Shown here one piece after another: positions 1 through 15,900 of a stretch of 64,000 nt of DNA. The notes under the pieces were generated by a model. That model saw only the letters and a list, made by a program, of their open reading frames with translations. It did no database searches and was not told the DNA's origin. Source of the DNA: the human T2T-CHM13v2.0 reference genome, Homo sapiens; the NCBI RefSeq assembly GCF_009914755.1, contig NC_060944.1; one strand, written 5' to 3'. Positions within the stretch are counted from its first letter, which is position 1, and the number at the start of each line of letters is the position of its first letter. A program made the position numbers and the translations under genes.

Positions 1-21
1 TTCATATAACTTCCCACTTAC

Positions 22-103
22 CCTATTTATCAAAAGCTGAATTTGGTGATGTCACATCTTCTGGTTTGTTGGGACAATCAATCCAGTAACTGATTCCAGA
101 AAA
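22..103 (-). other. Candidate spliced exon (82 nt, probably non-coding)
   Basis: Minus strand reads ttttgtgtgtag|TTTTCTGG...ATAGG|gtaagt: an acceptor plus a consensus GTAAGT donor. All three frames contain a stop. Confidence 0.45.
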
Positions 104-628
104 CTACACACAAAACTTGGAATGAAATGTGATGAGGAATTTCAGAATCCCTGCAATTGCTTTTTTCAGTGCTTCTGAGCCATGCTTATAAATCATTGCT
201 TAAAAGAGATATGCTTGTGTGTGAAGGTGCTTCCAGTACAAAACTAATGTTTTTTAATTCTTGCAAAATAAAGTGTACTCCACTCAGTTTTACATCTTTA
301 TTTTTGATGTGCCAAGTCAGACATTTCACTTCCTCCCATGATTAATGAAGGATGATTCATTTTTTAAAATACTACATACTAAATCTGTACTGTGTTTGGT
401 CATCATAGCTCTAACCACCAATGAGTCTGAACCCAAATGCCCAGTGCTGTTTTCTTAGGAGAATGGATTTTGTCTGCTGGTTACAGATTTCTGATATACC
501 AGTTCCAGCTTTTCTAAAAATGTATTGTCATAACATGTAGAACAGTTTTTTACAATTGCTTAAATATTCAATCCAACTTCACATGTGAAAAACATGTTTA
601 CCTGCATTTATTCATCATATTATTTAAT

Positions 629-796
629 CAGTGTTTCCCAAACTGATGCATACGTCAGAATTATCTGGAGACTTCTGGGCCTCACCCCAGAGTTTCTAAC
701 TCAGTAGACCCAAGGATAAGTCCAAGAATTTTCATTTCTCACCAATGCCCACACATTACCACTGTTGGGTCTAGAACTGACTTTGAGAACCACTGG
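629..796. mobile_element. MER5A-type DNA transposon (hAT-Charlie MITE)
   Basis: Terminal inverted ends cagtgtttcccaaa ... tttgagaaccactg with typical internal MER5 sequence. Confidence 0.7.
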
Positions 797-1901
797 TCCA
801 AATAATGTCCTTTGCCCATAAACCACATTTTTCTTACACCAGCCCCACCAGTATCATAGGTTTACAACTTATGAAAAGCATACATGCATACATGCACACA
901 GATACTATTTCTTCCATTTTTCAGAATTATTTTTTCCTTCTACTTCCTGAGAGCTATGAATAGCTGAAAGTGGGAAAAGAGTATGTCTAATTCTTCATAA
1001 TCTCCATTTTCTACCATTCTGCAGTCTGTCTGTTCCCATCCCAAAAGAACTTTTAAATTAAAACTAAATCAGATGAAAGTAAATGATTTAAGATAAAGAT
1101 GCAGGAAAGCCAAAATTCTGTGTGGGATATTCACTCTGCAGAGATGGAAGCAGGTGACTACCAATTTCATTTAAGGTAAAAAGGATTTCATTATAAACTA
1201 CAAGAAAAAGTAATGTTGCATATAGGAGAAATTTTCTGCACATGAATTCATATTTGCATATTACAACCATGTGTAGCTAACCTTCTCATCTAAATGTGTT
1301 ATTTTGATGCAAATCAATCCAGCAAATATGTCATGGCTTAGAAAATAAATAATAGGCCTGCACAAGAGTGAGCCACCAAGTGCTTCAGATCATCACATGA
1401 AATGAGAGCGGCACACACCCCGCCACGCGTCTCTTGCCCGGGACTCAGAAACCTCCATGGACAGGCTGTGACCAAGGGTCAGCTCCCAAGTGGAAAATGA
1501 TTGAGACTCCCAGGTGAGAGACAGAGGCAGGCAAGACTTGTGTCTATGGCCAGACCTTAACTCGGGCATGGGCTCTTGCATTGTCTGCAAGAACTCAGAG
1601 GACACACTGGGCTCAAAATGACCTGGTAAAAGCCACATTTTTATAGAGTTCACTAAAAGTTTTGCTCTGAGTCAGGAAGTGGGTATAAATATTGGCAAGC
1701 GGAATCCAGGGTGGGCTAGGCAATGAGGAAGGGTGAAGTGTTCCTCTCTAGAAATAGAACATTTCACGCTTGGCCTGAGCCAGCAAAGGGGTAATCAGCC
1801 CAAAGGCAAAGAGGTGTGCGAATTCACCCTCAAATTTCTGGATGCTCCGAAAAACCAGTGTGGCTCTCTTCCCAGTGGTGGTATCACCAATCAAGAAACA
1901 T

Positions 1902-2205
1902 GGGCCAGCAGTAGGAGATCCTGCCTGTAATCTCAGCACTTTGGGAAGCCAAGGTGGGAGGATTGCTTGAGCCCAGGAATTTAAGACCAGCCTGGGCAAC
2001 ATAGCAAGACCCCATCTCTACAAAATTTTAAAAATTAGCAAGGTGTGGTGGTATGCACCTGTAGTCTCAGCTACTCTGGAGGCTGACACAGAAGGATCAC
2101 TTGAGCCAAGGAGCTCAGGGCTACAGTGAGCTATGATGGCACCACTGCACTCCAACCTGAGCAACAGAGCAAGACCCTGTCTCCAAAACAAAAAAAAAGA
2201 AGAAA
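1902..2205 (+). mobile_element. Alu (AluJ-like)
   Basis: Dimeric Alu with J-type GGAGGATTGCTTGAGCCCAGG and an A-rich tail. Confidence 0.93.
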
Positions 2206-2285
2206 GACTTTGAGAACCGCTGTTCAAAATAATGTCCTTTGCCCATAAACCCACATTTTTCTTATACCAGCGCCTACCCACATCA

Positions 2286-2685
<400 letters not shown>

Positions 2686-3003
2686 ACCCTCTGTGATGGA
2701 GGCAGCCTCCTTACACTTCTAGGCAGAATCTAATCTGTCACCTAAATGTTAACTGTTGGCACTTCTTAGGAGGAAACCAAGAAGTTTGAAAAAACAGAAG
2801 AGATCCATGCCAAGAAATTCACTCATCTGTTATAAATGAGGCAAGTCTGTCATACATAAGGCAGATCAATTATTCGGAGGTGTTGGTACTTACTGTGCCT
2901 TGGATGCGCATGCTAACAGAGTCACTCATGTTGCTCTCAAAGGGAATCTAATACAATTCCAAATTTTCAACTTTATTATTTGTTTCATTAGGAATTATGT
3001 CCC

Positions 3004-3366
3004 TGATATGTTTTGGCTGTGTCCCCACCCAAATCTCATCTTGACTTGTAGCTCCAGTAAATCCCAAGTGTTGTGGGAGGAACCCGGTGGGAGATAATTG
3101 AATCATGGGGGTGGTTTCCCCCATACTGTTCTCATGGAATTATTAAGTCTCACGAGATCTGATGGTTTTATAAGGGGAAACCCCTTTCGCTTGACTCTGA
3201 TTCTCTCTTTACTTGCCGCCGTGTTAAGACATGCGTTTCACCTTCTGCCATGATTGTGAGGCCTCCCCAGCCATGTGGAACTGTGAGTCCATTATACCTC
3301 TTTTCCTTTATAAATTACCCAGTCTCAGGTATGTCTTTATCAGCAGTGTAAAAATGGACTAATACA
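3004..3366 (+). mobile_element. THE1 (MaLR) solo LTR
   Basis: tgatatgttttggctgtgtccccacccaaatctc...ggactaataca; 5-bp TSD gtccc/gtcct. Confidence 0.92.
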
Positions 3367-3420
3367 GTCCTTTTAACATTTTAACATGGGTTGACTGGCT
3401 GCACAGAAAGTTTCACAATT

Positions 3421-3713
3421 TTTTTTTTTTTGAGATGGAGTTTTGCTCTTGTTGCTCAGGCTGGGGTGCAATGGTTCGATCTCGGCTGATGGCAACCTCT
3501 GCCTCCCGGGTTCAAGCGATTCTCCTGCCTTAGCCTCCTGAGTAGCTGGGACTACAGGCATGCACCACCACACCCGGCTAATTTTGTATTTCTAGTAGTG
3601 ACAGGGTTTCTCCATGTTGGTCAGGCTGGTCTTTAACTCGGGACCTCAGGTCATCCGCCCGCCTCAGCCTCCCAAAGTGCTGGGATTACAGGCGTGAGCC
3701 ACTGTGCCTGGCC
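3421..3713 (-). mobile_element. Alu (AluSq/Sp-like)
   Basis: Full-length antisense Alu; perfect 15-bp TSD gaaagtttcacaatt (3406-3420, 3714-3728). Confidence 0.96.
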
Positions 3714-4109
3714 GAAAGTTTCACAATTTATATGTATGAATTCTGGGACCAGACAGCCTTTGAATGTCAGTGGCAAGCTCTTCCCTGGCCCTCATCAGGG
3801 GAACCATGCTGGCTTCGCTGTATCTTCTGAGAGTTTCCTCTGTGACTCAGTGGTGTGGGAAGCCAGGAGGTCCCAAATCCTGCTTGCTTGCTCATTTCTC
3901 ACTTGCTTCACCTCCGTCACCATCCTGAGAGTTCCCACGTGGCCCCTTTTCACAGGTCTCAGGCAGTCTGATGTGACTTCTCTCACTTTTGCTGGCCTGG
4001 CAGTGGCCAGATGTAGGATCCTCAAGGGTTCTCATCATCAGCTGAGCTGTGAAGCCGACTCCCACCATCAAGAGACCCCAAAATGGGGAGAGCTGGGGTC
4101 ATGGCTTAC

Positions 4110-4344
4110 CCAGGTTCTGTGATGCATGAAATGAAAACAGGGAATATTTCTAACCCAACTTTCAAACTCTGGATAAAGACGCGGTGGCCATGATATGATC
4201 CTGCTTCTCGTGAAAGCCGTAATCAGGGGGCCAGCAGGCTCTGGGTTCAAGGGCAGGAGTTCTGGCCCATCCTCTCGTCCTCCTGGAAGAATTCATTGGG
4301 GCACATGGTCACCGAGGTCCCTACCAGCTCGGACAATGTATTAA
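4110..4344 (-). other. Candidate exon (weak)
   Basis: Minus-strand acceptor tcatcttctctcttctaag| and donor TGG|gtaagc in unique sequence. Confidence 0.25.
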
Positions 4345-4490
4345 CTTAGAAGAGAGAAGATGATTTCCCTCCAGAAATCAAAAATAATAATTATATATGT
4401 TATGTAAATACAGCAAGACTGGCATGAGTTTTGATATAAAATACTTCACAAGTTATTCTGGTCATTTGCTCTGTAACTGAAATTCTGTCT

Positions 4491-4592
4491 GACTACAGGT
4501 GCAAGCCACCAGGCCCGGCTAATTTTTGTATTTTTTTTTGCCTGGCTAATTTTTGTATTTTTTTTTGTATTTTTTATTGTAGTTGGGGTTTT
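4491..4592 (-). mobile_element. Alu central fragment with internal stutter duplication
   Basis: gactacagg...ggctaatttttgtattttt, with the linker repeated. Confidence 0.7.
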
Positions 4593-5639
4593 GTAATGTC
4601 TATAATTTTGGACATCATCTGTAAGATGATGTAAACATGTTTGTAAAGTCCCATCCCCTTGTCCTTCTCAGGAGGCATTGTTGGGTTCCAGAGACCCGAC
4701 ATGCATTTATTTTAAAGGAGATGTAGGGTGGGTGCTTGTTGCCTGGCAATGGCTACGTGTATCCTTTCCAACATCATACAGGGTGTGAGTTCTGGCCCTC
4801 TGGAAAAAAAAAAATCTCCAAGAACTGGTCATCTTGGGGACAGGAAGCTTTCCAAGAGGCAGAAATGGCTGGAGTTGGGCTGGCACTGGGCATCAGAACG
4901 TTCCAGCAGAACTGGTGGTGTGGACAGGAAGCCAGGCATCCTCAATGAGCGCCACAAGCCATGCTGACACACGTGCAAGGTCAAGAACCTCTCGGTTCAC
5001 TTCCTTTGCACATGTAAGTCACTTTAGGGACAGACAAAAAGTATTTCGAATGTGTATAATACATAGAGCAGAGAAAATGCTGCTGTCCCTGTTGGTCACA
5101 GGTCACCTGTTTTCCTACAGCGCTCTGTGTGTCTTATGCTCACCAGAAGCTGAGTTATTTTTTTCTTTGCTTACACTTAAAATTTACTATTTCATGTAGT
5201 ACAATGACAAAATGAGGGACAATAACAAGGCAAAATATGCTTAATGTTATAAATATTTGTTAATAACAGTTGCAGGGCTTGAGATTTGGAAAATAGCTAC
5301 CTATCCACCATGCTTTCTATTTAGACAATGTCAGCCATGGGGGAGAAAAAAGCAACAGTGTTTTCTTGAATGCTTACTAAATGTGAGGAATTTTCCCCCA
5401 ATGAAAATCAGAGTCACAAATGGTAAAATCTGCACAATACATTAGTAAAGTATCATGCTAGCAGCCTCGCAGAAGACCTCAGTGCATTTTTTTCAATGTA
5501 AACTATGAACCATGCCTGAGACGGCCTGGCCTGACCAGGGATAAACAGCAGTGATGTCTGCAACTGGAAAACCTGGCCACACATATCAGGCATGGAAGTC
5601 ACCCTTGACCAGGGGTCCTTTGACATGTCTTAGGTTTTG

Positions 5640-6905
<1,266 letters not shown>

Positions 6906-7305
6906 TAGGCCTGATTTTTAAATTGATAAGTGTGGGTTATACACAGGCACAATGTCAAATAGGCCTGGTCCTCAGTATATTTTTCAACCCAGCAAAAGGA
7001 ATCTCTGTGGCCAACTGCCAAGAAAAGACTATGAGTGATTACTAACAAAATAGAAGACACTTCGGAAGCATGCAGGTGTACATGGACCTATGACAGCTCA
7101 GATACTCACAGTGACATGGATCCAACATCTGGACCATGTCATTATTGCAGACCAAATGCCAGTTCAGCTGAAAGGCCTACACTATCTTTGCTGTAATTGA
7201 TGTTGCTTCTAAACAGGTCTTTCTATCCTCCCTGTCCATTTTTCTGAATGCAGTTACATGAGCATAAGGCAGAAACCAGGAAACTCTGCTTTTAAATCTT
7301 TATAA

Positions 7306-7500
<195 letters not shown>

Positions 7501-8113
7501 AAAAATGTATTTTCTTAATGTATGCATCTAGCATAGAGAGTTCAAAATCTCAGGAGCAACCCTTAATGTGTCCCTTATATCCACAGGTACTCTTCACATG
7601 GAGAGTCAAATCCAACCAAAGATGAAATTCCTCACCTGTAACTATTTGCATGATTTTCACGGGCCTGCCTGGCCCAGGCACTATTCTTTTCCCAGTGACT
7701 GGAACATTAATGGGAACACTGATGGGTGTAAGAAATGTGTTAACATAAAAATGTTTTATTTTCCCTTCTTGACTTTCATAAATAAGGCAGGTTTCAATAC
7801 GGGGACGCTTGAAGCAAAGAAAGATCAAAATGAATCTCAGTGTTCCTTCAACGGCGGCCAAACATCTCTTCTTGTGTGAGAATGTCACAGTGAAGATGTC
7901 TCAGTTTCTTAGTCTCTATTAGAAATTTAAAATTATTATTATTTTTAAAGGCTTCAGTCCAATTTCTCAGAGACTTCACCTGAAAATGGAGGCACTGAAA
8001 AAGCCATGAGGAGCTGAAAACAAGCAGAGTATTTTGAGAAGCCCAGAAAATGTTTCCTAGCCCTTCTCACACCGTGCGTCAGTGCAGGGCACGGCACTAA
8101 ATTCAGGTGGAAG

Positions 8114-8300
8114 CAGTGATTCCTCACCTTGGGTCCACATTAGAACCACCTAGGATGCATTTAAGAATCCCAAGGCCCAGCCGCCAACCCCCACCCCATC
8201 CCGATTTGGGTTCTCTGGTGTCTGACACACCCCAGGACCTCAGATTTTGTTTGGGACTCCCAGGTATTTCTGACATGTATCCATGGTTCAGAACCACTGG
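8114..8300. mobile_element. MER5A-like DNA transposon
   Basis: cagtgattcctca...agaaccactg termini. Confidence 0.6.
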
Positions 8301-8421
8301 TTTAAGGAAGCATAATCATACCATTTGCGATCTTTCATTGTGCAGATTCCTAAAGGAAAGCCCTGTGTCCTGCAGGCCTTTGCTACCCAGTGTGAGTGGG
8401 CCTTAACCCGGCAGCTTTGAT

Positions 8422-8441
8422 GAGAGAGAGAGAGAGAGAGA
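8422..8441. repeat. (GA)n microsatellite
   Basis: About 10 GA units. Confidence 0.9.
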
Positions 8442-8467
8442 AATGATTTTTGGAGTTCCTGGAGGAC

Positions 8468-8678
8468 AGCACTGTCCAGCAGGACTTCCCATGATGATGG
8501 AAATGTTCTTTACCTCTGCTGCTCAGTACAGTAGCCACCAGAGGCCTGTTGCCGTTGAGCACTTGCAGTGTGGCTCATGCAACTGAGGAACAAAATGTTT
8601 AACCTTGTTTATCTTTAATTTAAATCTGCATTTAAAGAACCATATGTGATTAGGGGCTCCAATATTGAGCAGAGCAGA
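8468..8678. mobile_element. MER3 DNA transposon
   Basis: cagcactgtccagcaggacttcccatgatgatggaaatgttc... resembles MER3. Confidence 0.7.
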
Positions 8679-8811
8679 CAGAGCGTACTGAGGGGCCGAC
8701 TTGGCCAACAAAGGCCCTAGAGTTTCTTCCATGGTGTAGAGAGAACATTGCTTCTGCCTTTGGCAAAGGTCATGAGGCCGTCTGCCCTGAAACAGACGGG
8801 ATGCTTCAGAG

Positions 8812-8982
8812 CAACGGTTCTCAAAGGATAGTCCCAGAGCCAGCAGCATGAGCAACAGCATCACTGGGGAACTTGTTAGAAATGCAGACTCTCAGGCCCC
8901 ATCCAGACCTCCTGAACTAGAGCCTGCATTTTAACAAGATCCCCAGGTGATTTCTGTGAATAGTCAAGTGTGAGATGAGCTG
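8812..8982. mobile_element. MER5B DNA transposon
   Basis: gaacttgttagaaatgcagactctcaggcccc...ctgcattttaacaagatccccaggtgatt. Confidence 0.75.
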
Positions 8983-10161
8983 CCAGTAGCTCTCTGCTCT
9001 GCTCTTCAGAAGACAAGAAGCAGGTTGCACAGAAGCCTTGTCCAGGAGGTCACTCTATATTAAGTCAAGGGTATCCGTGTGTATTACAAGACTTGCCAAA
9101 TGTGGACAGACAAGAGTTATGGAGAGCAACACATTTGAAACTGGGGATAGATTGGTACAGTTTAAAGGGCAAAAGGGTCATCTTTTAGTTCCAATAAGCC
9201 TTTGTTTTGATGGGGCAGAGGAGAAACTAGAGAGCTCAATTAAAAGATAAAGATTTAACTCAAGGTGTTTCCTACTTGATTTTCAAATTCATTCCAGTTG
9301 TTTCTTTAGAAGGGGACTCACATCAGATATCTTGCTAGTATAGAAAGTTCCTAAGCTGTACTGACAAACAAAACAGGCCTGTAGCCCTGCGACACTGTGC
9401 TTTACTTGCAAGATAAGGGGCTAAGGGAATGGGGGACAAAAAACAAAAAAAAACCTCAACCAAGAAACTCAACACATTTAAAAAAGGGGGCAGAAAATAG
9501 GACAAGGAAAAAAGTGGTTTATGTAACAGCAATTTTTTGTAATAAGTGTGGGGACGGGTCCCATCGGGACGACATTAGGCTGTTAATTTTGAAATAATCA
9601 TTGGAACCCAGCTGGATAGCAGCAAGGTTTGACGCCAGGAGCAAACACAGCCAGGAAGTGGAGGAGCAGATGACTCAGCCCACAGGGCACCAGAGGCGGG
9701 GATAATTTCTTTGCCCAGGGGAGTAGCAGTAGTCATCTGTTGTGTAGGCATTACCAAGTTCAATTGTGTGAGCGAGAATGGAAATCTGTTCTTCTGCAGC
9801 TTGTGAAAGAAATTAATCACACCTCTCTGCATGACAAATTTTGGATTTTAGTTCACACAGTCCCTGAATTTTCCTTCAGGTTAAATTTTCCTTTCCTTGG
9901 GACCTCGTGTTGCCTTTACTACAGCCCAACTCTCTCTTGCCCATTTTGCACCCCAATCCAAATATAAAACAAAACAACTGGGAATTGGTTCTAAATGCCT
10001 CTTTCACATCTGCTCAGGCCATCATTACAGAATTTCATTTGCAAAAAAAAATCCAGATGAAACCAAATGAGGCATTTTATTCTGGCATTTCATTTTATTC
10101 TACATACAGATAACGACAGGGCAGTGAGGAGTTTTGGTCTGTGGCCTCTTCCCAGGACTAA

Positions 10162-10505
<344 letters not shown>

Positions 10506-10522
10506 TTAATAACCTTTTATAT

Positions 10523-10842
10523 GTTGGGTACGGTTTTTCACCTTTGTAATCCCAGTGCTTTGGAAGGTCAAAGCCAGAGGATTATTTGAGGCCAGGCTTT
10601 GGAGACCAGCCTGGGCAACATAGCAAGACCCTATCTCTACAGAAAATTTAAAAATTAGCCAGCCATGGTGGCATGCACCTGTAGTGTAGTTCTGGCTACT
10701 TGGGAGGCTCAGGCAGAAGGATCACTTATGCTCAGGAGTTCGAGGTTGCAGTGAGCTATGATCGTACCACTGCATTCCAGCCTGGGTGACAGTGTGAGAC
10801 CCTATCTCTAAAAAAAGAAACTAGCAAGAAATAAAAAATAGC
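10523..10842 (+). mobile_element. Alu (AluJ-like)
   Basis: Diverged Alu with decayed tail; TSD ataacct(t/c)ttata. Confidence 0.92.
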
Positions 10843-11319
10843 ATAACCTCTTATAGTCCACCACCAAAACAAGGATACAGATAAAAAGTCCAAAATTGTG
10901 TGAAAGCACAATGCTCAAAAATCTTTCCAAGACTACTCTCATGGAAAACTAAAATGAGTGTAGGTTTAGATTTATTAGCTTATTAACACATTAATCAGTA
11001 AGATGGTAAATGTAGCTCAAAAAGCATGTTGAGGACATCAGGATGTATAGGTATATACAAAGACTGTGAAGAGTGCTAGATTTGAGACTAATGAATGAGC
11101 TCCAATGCAACCACACTCATAACCTCTCGCAGTCTTCATTACCTGATACAAATGATTTGCCTTTCCCAGACAAGATACACATGTTGAAGTGTAACTTCAT
11201 AAAGTGTGAGTCCTCCATCAACAGTAAAGAGTGAGTCAGAGGTGCACTCCCTTAGTTCACACAACAATCCTTGGGTGCGTCTGTTGAGCAATGTTTCAGT
11301 ATGCCACTGAAAGGAGAAA

Positions 11320-11345
11320 CTAACCTTAACCCTAACCTTAACCCT
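11320..11345. repeat. Short telomere-like hexamer array
   Basis: ctaaccttaaccctaaccttaaccct. Confidence 0.55.
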
Positions 11346-12339
11346 CTCTTGTCTTTATTTCCAAGTGTTGGGTAATTGTGTGAAACTCGTGCTGGTTTCA
11401 ATTGAAATCATTCGTCATACATGCATGTTCACAAGTGCTTCAGCTAAGCAGGCCTGAAATGCCTTTAGTTTCCTGGAAATTTCATTAAAAGCCTTTGTCC
11501 TTCCTAAAATGTCCCCTTTTGAAATCCTATACTTCAAAGTATCAGCCTTATACTGTATACTTATGTACAGGGTAAGATATTAATTCAAAGAAACAATGCA
11601 GGCAGCTAAATTCCTTTCATCTAAACATGCCTTTCTTCTTTCTCCTTGGTGCTACATTTCACTCAAAGCTGCAGGAAAGTTTAGCAGGAAAAATGAGCTG
11701 AGTGTGTTCTGCAAATAGGTCAGGCTGAAGCAGGAATGTTTTCCTGTGCTGAATTAAAAGTTTTCTGTTTCATTTATCAGTAGAATTAAAAGTTCTCTGA
11801 TGTTTCTCTAAGTGTCATACATATACAAAACAGTGTAAAATTGAAAAAAAAAAAACCCACATGCTATATTGTCCATTTCTGTTCTTTGGGACTCTACAGT
11901 TTAAAAAAGAAAGAAATTAAAGAATTTTGAAAATAAAAGTTATCTTCAAATATTATCTCTCTTCTTAATGAAATTTTTTACCTTTAAAGCAGATGCAGCA
12001 AAGACAAACTTTGGTTATTCTTTTTAAAGAGATATAAACTGATTTGTTTCATGCTTATATGAACCTGATTTCTCTATATTTGTTTTGCCACTTATTATAG
12101 AGGAGTATTTGCCTTTATGACTCTTTTTCTTCTTGCATGCACTAATTAGTAGTTTAAGAGAGGTGAAAGCACTTACTTTTCCATTTTTCAGTAATCTGAG
12201 TATTTTTAAACCAGTGTTTGTGTATTTTAAAAAGTGGCTATTTGTGAGCCTAAGAAAATTTCACAACACTGTTGCTGAAAGAATAATAATATGTATCACA
12301 TTTTAGTGTTTAATTATCTTTTAATTTACTTTGATAACT

Positions 12340-13128
<789 letters not shown>

Positions 13129-14999
13129 CAGTGGTGATTCAGATCCTAACCTGAAACCATCCCAAGTTGATGGATGCACCAAGTCTTTGTAATTTGAGCT
13201 GAACTACTTACAAGAAAGAGTTATGACTATCGATAAAGGTGAGAATATTTTACAATCCTGTTTAAGCCCTCTGTGTCTATTTCCAGGGTGGGGCCATGCT
13301 ATAAACAGGACAAACAGAACTCTCTGCTTTTGCTACCACTGAAAAAGCATTTCCGTGGGAGATCCATATTAGGTAGCACCTGGAGATGCCAGGACCACAA
13401 AACCACTGCCCAGCGTTACACACACATACGCCCTCCAACCCCCAGGATGGGATCAGATCCCTCTGTGATTCTGCCAAAGGCTGAGGCTGGCCACGGGTTT
13501 GGGGGATGGGGCTGAGACCAGGAGGCAGGGATGCCGTCTAGTGGGGATGGGAAGCACAAGAGAGATGAAAGCTTCTGCAGCTTCTGCTGCCATGCGCTCT
13601 TACATAGGATAGCCAAGGGCACAGGCCAGAGGCAGATAGGGGAGCGGGCTCTCTCTAGGAAACATCAGCTTCAAGGAGGACCGGGATCCTTTGGAAGGAG
13701 CTGGAGCTGGGGTGAGACAGGGGCAGACACCCTCCGGATGGATGGGACGATCATGGTTCCAGCCTTTGGACATCTGGAAGGTGAGTAGGGACACAAAGCA
13801 TGTGGGAACTGGGGCAGACAGTGGCCCATTTCCCACTCTGCTGTGTGGGCATCAAATGTTCCCCCAAGGGAGTTTCTAGCTTGAGCAAGCCATTGTTCTC
13901 AGCATTCATTTGCCCAGTGAGCCATGGTTTTGGAGACCAGAGTATGATTCTCCAAAACACAAGTGTGTTGGACCTACCCACATAGGAGACCCATGGAGAA
14001 TACTAAGTATCAGTCAATTCCATTTCTCCCATCGCGGCCCCAGTCCACACGCTAGGAGGCATCCTACTGGTGGTTATCATTATTTATTCACTCTGCAGAG
14101 ATGCCCTTTTTTCCTCTGGCCTTTCCTCATTGGTCCATGTAGGTTTCTTTGGCCACCCAGAGGGTGTGGCAATCCTATGGTGCTGTCTTAGGCCTGTGTG
14201 CCTCAATACCCCTCATCCATAGTTCTTCTGACCCCAAACCATGCTAAGTGAAAGAGAGCTCCACAGTCTTCCCACATCGCTGGGCCCCAGCCTGGAAAGG
14301 AGACACAGATGCCCTGCTAGTCTTAGCTCCTCATTGTCTGTAGGGAATCTATAATTCCTCCTGATCACAATCAGGACTTACTAGGGTAAATGGCACTCGA
14401 GCCTTTCCTCCAGAGGGCTTAAACTTAACACAATGTCTGGTCAAAACCATCCTATATTGATTTTTTATTACTTCACACTTGAATAAGTAACATCATCTTT
14501 AAGTTTAGGTTGCAACTCAAGTGCCAACTACAAATTGCACTGAAATGGAAGAACTCAAATGCATGCCTGGACCAGCATCAGGTGCCTTCCGGAAGTACTG
14601 GACATGTAGAGTTTAGGTAGTAAGCTGCCTGTAGAGTTTCTACTCTGCATAAACATAAGCACAGGACTAATCAAAATTGCCCAGAAGATATTGGAATATT
14701 CTTTTCTATTCAATTAAAAAGTGATGTCATAGTTTGCTTAAGGGCAAAGCGCATGGAAGTCCCCCTGATGTCACTTCTTCAGGTCACCACTGACAGCCAA
14801 AGTTTCCCCAGGAGGTCATTCAAGGATCTCCGAGTCCTTCAGTCTTCTGGGATCATCCTTTCCTTTAATATCCAAATAAAATATCTGAAGAAGTAGAGCT
14901 CAAAATGGTAGACTAATCACATGCATTTGCCTCCCTACCCTCCCCAAATCCCTTAGAATGAAAGTAAAGAGGTGCAAGAGGAATTAAATCCATAATAAT

Positions 15000-15900
15000 G
15001 GGATCTGTGTGAGGCTCATCAAGAAATGTGAAACTATGGTAAATTAAATGAAAACACAAGCAGATATGAGGATACTGATGGATAAAACAAAGCAATGAAT
15101 GAAAGATCAAGTCCAGACAGATTCTTGTGAATTTTACAACTTGGGGGGATTTAAAAGAAAAAGTCTCCAGAGGAAAAGAAAATCAGATCAGCTATAAGGA
15201 GAAGGAGATTCAGACTAACATTGATTAGACTTCATCCACACCAGTCAGTAAAGCACAGTGGAGAAATGCCTTCAAATTAAGAGGGAAAAATATTTTGAAC
15301 TAAAATGTCATTGTTAGCCAAAATATCCACTGAACATGAATAATATATATTCTCAGATATACACAACCTCTGAAAGCCTTTTCTGCAACAAAATGAGAGA
15401 GAAAACAAAATAAAAGAGGAAGACTTGAGATTCTAGAAAACAACAGATTTACCCCCAGAAGTATGGAGGGAAAAAAATGCCTTGGGGTTATAGCTCCCAG
15501 CAGGTCTAGACAACAGCCAATTTAGATTGGAGCAGAAATGCAGGATTCTCTGGAAACATGTCTTCAGAGAGAAAGTAAATCCCTTAGTTGGTGTGATTAA
15601 ATAGCTGGATATTTCTGAAGATGTGTAATGATAAATGTCCTCTGTTGACAATATAAATATAAGGAGGGAAGGAAGGAAGGAAGGAAAGAAGGGAGGGAGG
15701 GTGGGAGGGACTTTAGCAGAGGTGCTATCTAAGAAAATGATGGTTAAAACATGAAGCAAGCTGAAATATAGCATGGTTGTGATTTTGAGGAATTGAGGGA
15801 AGGCAAGAAAAGAGAATTTATTTGACCTTGATGCTAGAAAAGAAGGTCTAGAAAACAGAATTGGGATTATAGGGCAGAATGTGCCTGTTACAGTAAATCC
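15000..15900 (+). mobile_element. Ancient L1/HAL1-like remnant
   Basis: A-rich strand bias and degenerate ORF1-like segments. Confidence 0.4.

Noticed and set aside
14490-14890. Exon-like stretches with short open frames (e.g. minus-strand IFYLDIKGKDDPRR)
   Set aside because: In-frame stops, no matching donor, and no protein family I recognise; tBLASTn would be needed.
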